Assembly (NCBI GenBank): GCA_963841305.1
Contig: CAWJBR010000001.1
Coordinates: 7,598-71,597, forward strand
Source of the DNA: an uncultured Phycisphaerales bacterium
GTDB taxonomy: Bacteria > Planctomycetota > Phycisphaerae > Tepidisphaerales > Tepidisphaeraceae
Direction of reading: 5' to 3'
DNA: 64,000 nucleotides
The position numbers and the translations under genes were made by a program. Shown in pieces: positions 46,482 to 55,296 of the stretch. Positions within the stretch are counted from its first letter, which is position 1; every line of letters starts with the position of its first letter. The notes beneath the pieces were generated by a model. It saw only the letters and a list, made by a program, of their open reading frames with translations, was not told the DNA's origin and searched no databases.

Positions 46482-49400
46482 ATGTGTATGAAATCCAAAT
46501 GCGTTGGGATGCTGATTCTGTTGATCGGATTGTTGTCTCAAACTGCAGCCCGGGCTGAAGGCGTGAAGATTGATTTGTCGGGGGCGGGCTGGAAACTTTG
46601 GCGAGATGGGTCGGCAACCTGGCGGAAGGACCATCTGTACATTCGCCATGAGGCATCGGGGCTGTTCAAACGCGACGATGATCCGGCACTGTCGGACCCG
46701 GACAAGGCCGGGACCATCCCGCTGGAGCAGTTGCCCGTCAACCCGCCCACCGGCGGCTGGGAGGCTTTGGACCGCAACGCCGAGGCGGATGTCGCCGTGC
46801 CGGGGACGGTCGAGGAATATCTGTGGAACAAGGTTCCCCGCGAGCTTGCGTTCACAGGCAAAGCGTTTCCCGTGAGCTGGTGGTGGCGGGAATTTACTTT
46901 GCCGAACGAGGTGGCTGGCAAGCGGATTATCCTTAAGGTCGGGGCGTGCCGCCACCGCAGCGAGATCTACATCGACAGGAAGCTCTGCGGATACGACGCT
47001 GTGGGCAATACGCCCTATGAATTTGATGTGACGTCTTTTGTTCAGGGCGGCGGGAAATACCGAATTGCTTTCCGAATCACCAATCCTGGCGGCAACCTGT
47101 CCTGGACGGACAACCCGACGCTGCGCTGGGGCGACACTCAGACCCGAGTCGATTTGGGCCATGCCTTTGGCGGGATCACCGGGCCGGTCGTATTTTCGAT
47201 AGTGGACCCGGTCTTTATCGAGGATTTGTGGATTCGCAACACCCCGGCGATGCGTGACATCGTGGCCACGCTGACATTGAAGAACACCACGGACAAAGAA
47301 GTCCGCCGGGACGTGGAGGTGGTGATCCGCGAAAAAGAAAGCCGCGCAGTGGTGGCGAGGGTTCCCCAGAGCGTCACGCTGCCGCCGGGGCAGGCGATGG
47401 TGGCCGTGCCGGTCAGTGTGCCGGAGGGCAAGCTTTGGTCGCCGGAGACGCCGAACCTGTACATCTGCTCCGTACAGTTGAAGGAAAACAGAACCGTCGC
47501 CGATGCGGCGGAGAAGACGTTCGGGTTCCGTTGGTTCGATGTGCAGGGTGTCGGCAAGAATGCCTGCAACCTGCTGAACGGCAAGCGGGTGCGGGTATTG
47601 TCGGCGATCAGTTGGGGCTTTTGGCCGCAGTCGGGACTGATTGCCACGCCGGAACTGGCGGCCAAACAGGTGTCGATCGCCAAGAAGATCGGGCTGAACT
47701 GCCTGAATCATCACCGTTGCATCGGCGATCCCAAGACGCTGGATGAGGCGGATCGGCAGGGGCTGATGTACTATATTGAACCGGGCGGATGCGAAGGCTA
47801 CCAGGGCGATGCCTTCTTCTATGCAATGTCGCGCGAGAAGATTTTACGGATGGTCAAGCGGGACCGGAGTCATCCCTCGGTTATTCGCTACAACATGATT
47901 AACGAACCCATACACGCGCCGACGGAAGGGCAGATCCGCACTTTGCGCGACGCGCACACGCTGGATCCGAGCCGGATCATAACCTGGGCGTCCGGGCCGC
48001 AACGGCGAAGCACGCCTGAAAACCGGGTGGACGGACTTTGGCGTCGCCCGGAAAGCATGACGGATGAATACACGGGTTGGGTGGAACCTCACAATTCTTT
48101 CGGTACGGAAACATACGTGGACAGCAACTACAACGGGCCGAAATCGTTTCGCTGCAAAGCTTCCCGGGCAGACCAGATATTCTGGTGGGGCGAGGAAGGC
48201 GCCATCGGAACGCTCCCCCGCTTGCAACTGCTTAAGGAACGCTGTGCCCAGCCGGGCTACCTCCCAGGATGGGATGGTTCCGAATGGCTGTTGCGCTACG
48301 AGCAGTTGAATGACTGGCTGAAAGAGAGCGGATTGGGGCAATGGTTCAGCGTTGACTCCCTGACTCAAACGATCGGGGCCAAGCAGTATTATTATCAGGG
48401 CCGGATTATCGAAAACTTCATGATTGACGATATTGGCGATGGGTATGTTGTCAACGGCTGGGAAAATGACATCTGCACCAGCTTCAGCGGGCTGGTCGAT
48501 CTGGGGCGAAATCCCAAGACCGACAATCTAGACCTGATCCGCTACTACACGCGTCCGCTCTACGTTGCGGTCAAGCTGCGTCAGAAGATTGCCCATGTGG
48601 GCGAGGAACAGGTGGCGGACTTTTGGATTGTCAATGAAAAGGGCGTCAAGGGTGAGGCGGAGTTGCGGATTGAAGTGCTGTCGCCGTCGAAGCAGATAAT
48701 GGTGGCAGAAACCAAGCCGGTCAAAATCAGCGGCGGGAACTGCTACGGAGAACTGCTGCTGGAAGGCATCCACGTCCCGGTGAAAGGAGAGGCCGGTTAT
48801 TACACTGTGCAAGCCACCCTGGTACAAAATGGGGCCGGAGTTGTCACAGGACGGGATGACCTGCTGGCTGTGGATTGGAAATCGATTCCGCTGCCGACGC
48901 GGGGCGCGGTGCTGGAAGCCGACGGCGGAATTGCCAAGTTCCTCAAGACACAAAAAAGGATGGACTTGCCGGCGTATTCGGAGCAGTTGAGCAAGCTCGA
49001 CTATGTGCTGGTGGGGCGTATGGTCCAGGATGAAACCCAAACCACTCAGCCGGCATTGCGGGAAACGGGGCCATTGTCGCCTGAACTGTTGGATGGGCTG
49101 CTCAAGCGGGCAAAGGAGGATGGCACAACGCTGATTTTCTTCGAGCCTGTTCCAGGGCTGGATTCCAGCAAGGCTCATTGGGCCATGAGCAGGAACGACG
49201 GTTTGGTGCGGCAGTTGGCGCGGAGAGGCGTTTTCCCCGGCTATCGGAAATGGATGGTGTTGGCCGCCGATTGGCTGGTGGGAAGCTACATCGCCGGTTC
49301 CGGACCGCTTTTCGAGGGACTGCCCGACCGGCAGGCGTTCAGTTGGGAATACCAGTTGTTGGCCGAGAGCAAGCGGAACATCGCCTTGGACATTTCGGGA

Positions 49401-49634
49401 GTGCCGGTGCTGGTTGGCGCTGTGACCGACACCTCGGCCCGAAGTGGCAATAGCTATATTTCCTCGCAGGTCATGGGTGCGGGGGTGTGTGCTGCGGACT
49501 ACGGCAAGGGCCGGATCATCCTCTCCACGCTGCCGCTGATTCCGAATCTCCAATCCGAGCGGGGCGCCGGGCATGTGGTGAGAAAGCTCTTTTGCAACAT
49601 GATCCGAATGGCAAATGTCAGCCAAAGAAAATGA
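46482..49634 (+). CDS. GH2-like glycoside hydrolase, large multidomain
   Basis: Start at ATG 46482 with a signal peptide. Sugar-binding-domain pattern WWWREFTLP...GKRIILKVGACRHRSEIYIDRKLCGYD..GNTPYEFDVT. Also FGFRWFDV...NGKRVRVLSA...LNCLNHHRC and IRYNMINEP. Confidence 0.55.
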   Translation: MCMKSKCVGMLILLIGLLSQTAARAEGVKIDLSGAGWKLWRDGSATWRKDHLYIRHEASGLFKRDDDPALSDPDKAGTIPLEQLPVNPPTGGWEALDRNAEADVAVPGTVEEYLWNKVPRELAFTGKAFPVSWWWREFTLPNEVAGKRIILKVGACRHRSEIYIDRKLCGYDAVGNTPYEFDVTSFVQGGGKYRIAFRITNPGGNLSWTDNPTLRWGDTQTRVDLGHAFGGITGPVVFSIVDPVFIEDLWIRNTPAMRDIVATLTLKNTTDKEVRRDVEVVIREKESRAVVARVPQSVTLPPGQAMVAVPVSVPEGKLWSPETPNLYICSVQLKENRTVADAAEKTFGFRWFDVQGVGKNACNLLNGKRVRVLSAISWGFWPQSGLIATPELAAKQVSIAKKIGLNCLNHHRCIGDPKTLDEADRQGLMYYIEPGGCEGYQGDAFFYAMSREKILRMVKRDRSHPSVIRYNMINEPIHAPTEGQIRTLRDAHTLDPSRIITWASGPQRRSTPENRVDGLWRRPESMTDEYTGWVEPHNSFGTETYVDSNYNGPKSFRCKASRADQIFWWGEEGAIGTLPRLQLLKERCAQPGYLPGWDGSEWLLRYEQLNDWLKESGLGQWFSVDSLTQTIGAKQYYYQGRIIENFMIDDIGDGYVVNGWENDICTSFSGLVDLGRNPKTDNLDLIRYYTRPLYVAVKLRQKIAHVGEEQVADFWIVNEKGVKGEAELRIEVLSPSKQIMVAETKPVKISGGNCYGELLLEGIHVPVKGEAGYYTVQATLVQNGAGVVTGRDDLLAVDWKSIPLPTRGAVLEADGGIAKFLKTQKRMDLPAYSEQLSKLDYVLVGRMVQDETQTTQPALRETGPLSPELLDGLLKRAKEDGTTLIFFEPVPGLDSSKAHWAMSRNDGLVRQLARRGVFPGYRKWMVLAADWLVGSYIAGSGPLFEGLPDRQAFSWEYQLLAESKRNIALDISGVPVLVGAVTDTSARSGNSYISSQVMGAGVCAADYGKGRIILSTLPLIPNLQSERGAGHVVRKLFCNMIRMANVSQRK

Positions 49635-49767
49635 TGTTAAGTTGAATCAAGTACCAGTCGCAAAGCCGAATGGGGTGTGACCTGTGACTGCGGTGAGTCC
49701 GGTGAATATCCGGCGGTGGACTCGCCCAAATGAAATTATCCGGATAAGGAAGATCAAGAAAGGCCAA

Positions 49768-50538
49768 ATGAATATGTCATTCACTTCATGGAGCCGGTTT
49801 TGGAATGTTTGGGTCATCATCAGTTGCCTGATGCTGACCAGTTCGGTTTTTGCGAGGGTGCCGAGGGAAAGTATCGAATGGGTTAAGTCGTACGCCTACA
49901 ACGCCACCAGCCGTGAAAAACTTCCGCGGGTTTTGCTGGTAGGCGACTCGATTTGTGAAGGGTACAGCGGCGCGGTCTGTCAGGAGTTGGCCGGGACGGC
50001 ATACGTCACCTATTTTGCCACATCGAAGAGCGTCACGGACGAGACCTACCTCGATCTCCTGGCGTTTTTCCTGGGCGAATACGACTATGACGTGATCCAT
50101 TTCAATAATGGACTGCATTGTCCCCGCCGCGAACGGGATAAGTATGAAAGCACACTGACAGCGGCGATCAAGCTGATCAAGTCGCGAGCCCCCCACGCCA
50201 AGATTGTCTGGGCCAGTTCGACTCCTTTGAAAATCGCCGGCCCCGACGCCAACGCCGTCAAGGAACTCAACTCGATTGCGGCGAGGGTGATGGCCGCGGA
50301 GAACATTCCCGTCAACGACCTCTTTGCCCTGATGGACCCACTGGATCGCAACACGACCTGGAATGACATGTTCCACTTCAAACCGTCGGCAATTCGCCTG
50401 CAGGGCAAGGCCGTGGCCGATTGCATCCGTAAACTGTTGGGCGCCAACAAGGCGTCACCCGCCGAAGCGGAGCGGGCACTGAAGGAAAATGTCACCGACA
50501 AAGGGCCGGAGGGAAAGCTGGATACCACCAAACATTGA
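49768..50538 (+). CDS. Secreted SGNH/GDSL-family esterase (candidate carbohydrate deacetylase)
   Basis: Start at ATG 49768 with a signal peptide. Motifs VLLVGDSICEGY, IHFNNGLH, NDMFHF (D-x-x-H). Confidence 0.7.
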   Translation: MNMSFTSWSRFWNVWVIISCLMLTSSVFARVPRESIEWVKSYAYNATSREKLPRVLLVGDSICEGYSGAVCQELAGTAYVTYFATSKSVTDETYLDLLAFFLGEYDYDVIHFNNGLHCPRRERDKYESTLTAAIKLIKSRAPHAKIVWASSTPLKIAGPDANAVKELNSIAARVMAAENIPVNDLFALMDPLDRNTTWNDMFHFKPSAIRLQGKAVADCIRKLLGANKASPAEAERALKENVTDKGPEGKLDTTKH

Positions 50539-50551
50539 TTTAAAGGATAAC

Positions 50552-50920
50552 ATGAAAACGATAGGCTGCCCTTTATTCTCGTCCTCTGCTGATGGCCATG
50601 CCTTATTGCTGATTGCATTCCTGTTGCAGCGTTCATCCGGAGCATGGGCGCAGCACAATCAATTGCGGTTGCCCGGCTTCTTCTCGGATCACATGGTCCT
50701 GCAGCGGGATAAGCCGGTCACGATCTGGGGACGAGATAAGGTCGGGGCAGAAGTCAGTGCCGGTTTCGCCGGTCAAACCCGCACGGCGGTTTCGACCCCG
50801 AGGGATGCGACTTTACAATTGGTCGGGCCTGCCGGCATTTCCTTTCCGCGGCGATCATTGGCCCCTTTCACCGGAGCCGAAAACAGCAGCGAAGTAATTT
50901 GTGGAAATATGCAAAAATGA
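50552..50920 (+). pseudogene. Truncated remnant of a sialate-O-acetylesterase-like (DUF303-type) carbohydrate esterase; N-terminal ~90 aa only
   Basis: LRLPGFFSDHMVLQRDKPVTIWGRDKVGAEVSAGFAGQTRTAV matches the conserved N-terminus of that family (LP..FSDHMVLQR..P..IWG). The catalytic GQSNM region is absent in all frames, and only 175 nt remain (50921..51095) before the next gene. Confidence 0.5.
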
Positions 50921-51095
50921 TCCGTGCAAAAGATTATGCAAACGGTGATGTCGGTGGAAGGTAAACTCTTTGGCATTGAGGCGGGATTTATCTTGCCGCC
51001 GGTGTCCGCGACTGTGACTACAAGGGTTTAAAGTTGGGATACAGGTTTCATGACCGTTTTGCGATTTGAAGAAACATCTACGTAGGGATAGAAGC

Positions 51096-52893
51096 ATGAA
51101 AAACACGATTTGTTTTGCAATCGCGTTTGGTGTCCTGCTGTGTGTCGCCCGGGCGGGCGAGAAGCCGGAAGCGCGCAACCACACCGACAGCCGGCTGCTC
51201 AACAACATCGACACGCTCAAGCCGGTCGCCTCCCCGCCAAAGAACGCGGCCGGCCTCGGCAAGCTGGAGGCGGAACTGGCCACGCTGTGGGACTGGGAGC
51301 AGCAGGCCAAACGCCCGCTCAACCCGGAAATCGTTTACTCATCCGTCGCCAACGGCTATCGCACCGAGGGCATCTACATCAACGGCTACGGCGACGCCAC
51401 CGGCCAGGATCGCCTCTTCTTCTACTACTCCCGCCCGGAGCCAAGCGACAAAAAATGCCCGCTCTACATTGAACTGACCGGCGGCGGGGAGGCGGACAAA
51501 AGCCCGTGGATGGCGCGCACCTACCAGTGCGCGGTCATCGACATCGAATGGCGCGGGAGCAAAAACAAATTCCGCTCCAAATGGGCGGCCGGCGGCTTGG
51601 GCTCGATGAAGGATCTGGGTTCGCTCAAGGCCAACATGGTCTTCCGCCTGGTGAGCGGCATCCGCCGGGCCATCGATTTCGCCGCGCAACAGCCGGGCAC
51701 GGACCTGGATCGCCTCGGCTGCGGCGGCGGGTCCATGGGCGGCTATTACACGCTGCTGGCGGCGGGCGTGGATGCGCGCATCCGCTTCGGCATGGATGAA
51801 CTGGGGGCCGGCTACCAGGCCCAGACCGACAGCAGCCTCGGCCAATTCGAGCTGTCCCCGGCGGAGAAAGCCCTCTGGATCAAGGCCTTCGACCCCTATT
51901 CCCACGCCCCAAACACCCGCGCCAAAATGCTGATGAACCTGGCGGCCAACGACTATTTCTTCTGGCTGGGCGATGGGCTGAAGAATTACGAAGCCCTGGC
52001 CGGCGAAAAGACCCTGTGCCTCAGCGCCAACTTCAACCACACCGAGGGAAGCTACGGCGCCGCCAAGCACAACGCCATGGCCTGGCTGCCTTATGCCCTG
52101 GGGCGGGAGCCGAATTATCCGGCCATCGACTCGTTTGCCCAGGCCGGCGCCGTCTACCGCGTCCGCGCCAAGTCCGGGGCGAGCATCCAGAGCGCCTCGC
52201 TGTACTGGAGCCCGGGCGCAACCTCGTCTGGCCCGCCCGCTACTGGCTGGAAGTTCCCGCCACCTGCAAAGACGGCCTCTGGCAGGCGGAAATCCCCGCC
52301 CGCTACGCCGCCTTGGAGCGCTGTGCGTTCATGACCCTCCGCGGGGAGAAAGGGAAGGCGGCGTCCACGGTCCCCGTCTTCGCCGCCGGCGTCAATCCCC
52401 AGGAGACGGCGGGCAACTGGTGGCCGGGCGAACAGGCTTGGGACGTCGAAACCGGGCTGGGTTCGTGGCGACCGGTGGGGCCCAACAAGCATTCGGGCGT
52501 GGCAGCGGCGAAGGTGAGCCGGCACGAATCCGGCGGCATTTGCATTGTGCCCAATCCGGGCGCAACGCCTTTTCACTGGTCAACGGCAGCATCGTGCTCG
52601 CCGCGGCTTCCGCCAAGATGCACCAGGGATTGCGGATCGATCTGGACGCGGCCGGAGGGGGCGGGGAACTGACGGTGTCGCTGGTTCGGAACTTCACGGC
52701 CGTGCAGGCCCAGCGTGAGTTCTCCTTTGTGGCGAGCTATGGCCCGGGCAAGCAGCGGATCGAAATCCCCTGGTCGGAATTCAAGTGCAAGACCAGTCCG
52801 CAGGAGAGCTGCTTCCCTTTTGACAACTTGCGGATCGACGGCAAACAGGCCGATGGCCGGGAGCTGGTCATCCAGAGCGTCAGCCTGTATTAG
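51096..52893 (+). pseudogene. Alpha/beta-hydrolase esterase with a C-terminal beta-sandwich-like domain, interrupted by two -1 frame changes (pseudogene or assembly error)
   Basis: Nucleophile elbow GCGGGSMGGYYTLLAA. Three track ORFs (51066.., 52016.., 52093..) join smoothly if one nt is added at 52211..52222 and one at 52554..52565: ...SLYWSPG|RNLVWPARYW... and ...IVPNPG|RNAFSLVNG... Confidence 0.6.
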
Positions 52894-52962
52894 GCTCTGT
52901 CGTCATCCAGGCGATCAAGGCAGCCAGCGAAAACATGCGATTTTCGCGCAACAGGTGAATCA

Positions 52963-55283
52963 ATGGAAAGAGTTATCATGTCCGTTCAGTGGAAACTGAA
53001 AGCATGCGCGGCCGGGGCGGTGATGATGTCGGTTGCGCTGGCGATGGCGGCGGCCCAGGCCGCGACTGGGCGTCTGGCCGAGGTCCAGGCGATCCTCGAG
53101 CGGAACTTGGCCGTGCGCACGCAAATGGCCAAGGGACCGGGGATGAAGAACGGCGCCGACTACTTTGGCAGCGGGGCGATCCGGGCCAGCGCCTGGGGCA
53201 CGCCCGACGCCTACCGCATCCTGGCCGAGCGGGATGATTGCTTTTTTGACGTCGGGCGGGGCGGGAAAACCAAGGACGGCCGGAAGTACGGCCGGTACTG
53301 GAAGCTCAGCCCGCTTGTGGCCGGCGAATTGCAGTTTGACATGCCCGCCTTGAAGGGCGCTGCTTGCCGGCAGGAACAGGACCTGTACCGGGCCGAAGTG
53401 CGCATGGCAGCGGCCTCGGGCGACCGCGCCGTCCTGGTCAGCTCCAAGGCGCTGCGGACCAGCCCGGATCTGATTCTGACCGTCTTACGCAACACCGGTG
53501 CCAAGCCGCTGGCCGTCACGATCAACAGCTTTGCCTTGCCCAGTGACGAACCGCTCTCATTGGAAATCGATCGCTTCGCCGGAGTCAAAGGAGACATTTT
53601 CTGGTCGAGCCGCCGGAGTCAGGCGGGCGCGCACAAGTACCGGATGTGGATCGGTCTGGCGACGCGGGTGCTCGATGCCGAGGATTGCGCATACACCAAC
53701 AGCGCCGACGCGGCCGCGGTGTCATTTCGGATTCCACCGGGCCAGGCCGTGACCCTTGTCACGGCCGTGACCAGCACGGGCGTGCCGCGGACGGCCGATC
53801 CCGCCGATCCGATTCCTGCCGCTTTGGAGCTTGTCGCTAAGGCAACGCCGGCGTCGCTGGCGATGCAGGAAAAATCGCATCAGGCGTCATGGGATGACTA
53901 TTGGCTGCGGGCCTATATCGCGATCCCGTCGCAGCCGGAGTTCGAACGCTATTACTATGGGGCGCTCTACGGGCTTGGGGCCTCGCATCGCTTCGACAAC
54001 AGCGGCTGGTCGCCGGGCCTGAACGGCTGGTCTACCTACGACACCCAGTCTTCGGGATGGGCCGGCAACTACACGCTCAACTACAACCTGGAGGCGATCT
54101 ATTACGGTGTCTACTCATCCAACCGGGCCGATCTGGATGCGGCGTACTTCCGGGTCATCAAGCCCCTGGCCGACGGCTATGGCGTCAAAGAGGCCAAGAA
54201 GCTGGGCTATCCGGGCGTTGTCATGCCCGGCGGAACCGGCATCGACGGCGCGGTGGTCCATTCCGATCTGGGGATGAGGACCAACGGCACGGAAATCGCC
54301 CTGCCGCTGATCGATCACTGGTTCTACACCTACGACACCGAGTTCCTCCAGAAGGTGTATCCCTACCTGCGCCAGGTGGCCGACTTCTGGGACGCCTTCC
54401 TCATCAAGGAACCGTCGGGGCGGTATGTCATCAAGGGCACGTCCATCTGGGAAGGCCGGCCGCAGAATTACAACTGCGCCAGTGCCTTGGCCTTCGTGAG
54501 GCGGTTCTATATCGGCATCCTCGACGCTAGCGTCGCGCTGGAGGTGGATAGTGATCGCCGGGGCAAATGGCAGGAAATCTTGACGAATCTGGCCGATTTC
54601 CCCACGCGGACTCACGAAGGCAAAACCATGGCTTGTTATGCGGAGGATCAGGGGGAGAAAATTGATCCCACCCTCGGGGCCAGCATGACGATCCCATTGT
54701 ACCCGGTCTTTCCGACGCAACTGATCGGGCTGGGTTCCGATCCGGCGAAGCTAAAGATTTACCGCGACACGCTCCGCGAGTGCGGCCGGGTCTGGTGGTC
54801 CCAGCCCAACTCCTTCGTGCATACCCCCGTGCAGGCGGTGCGGATGGGCTACGACTTTGCCGAAATTCAGGTCAAGTTCAAGAGGTGGCTGTCCCAGATG
54901 ACCTCCAACAACTTCAAAATCCAAGCCGGCGGCTACTTCGAGTGCGTGGGGGCCATCGAGGCGGTCAACAGCATGCTGATGCAGTCGCAGGAGGGCGTCA
55001 TCCGGCTGTTCCCCAACTGGGACGGCTCCGACGCCCATTTCCACCGCTTGGCGCGGTGGGGGCGTTTTTGGTCTCCGCCTCGCTGAAAAATGGCACGGTG
55101 GCCGAGCTGACGATCACCAGCGAGAAGGGCCGGCCGTGCCGGGTCGTGAACCCCTGGCCGGGCCAGCCGGTGACGGTGCGGGCCAATGACGGCAAGTCGG
55201 TGCCGGTGGTGGAACGGGACGGGGTGTTGGAATTTTCAACAAATGAGACGGGATGTTACGTTCTGTTTCGTCACCGAGATTGA
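52963..55283 (+). pseudogene. GH95-like (alpha/alpha)6 glycoside hydrolase interrupted by one -1 frame change near 55051..55064 (pseudogene or assembly error)
   Basis: ECVGAIEAVNSMLMQSQEGVIRLFPNWD...FHRLAR|.GAFLVSASLKNGTV parallels the GH95 C-terminal pattern (EML.QS..G.I.LLPALP..W..G...GL.ARGGF.V). The downstream part lies in track ORF 54780..55283. Confidence 0.5.
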
Positions 55284-55296
55284 AAGGGACAAGACC

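Noticed and set aside
36051-55283. Programmed ribosomal frameshifting as the general explanation for all six frame breaks
   Set aside because: Only one site (52211) matches a canonical X XXY YYZ heptamer, and one break needs a +1 change. Six recoding events in 20 kb of ordinary hydrolase genes would be unprecedented. Homopolymer under-calling or decay is more parsimonious. The idea is kept only as a low-prior alternative for the esterase gene.
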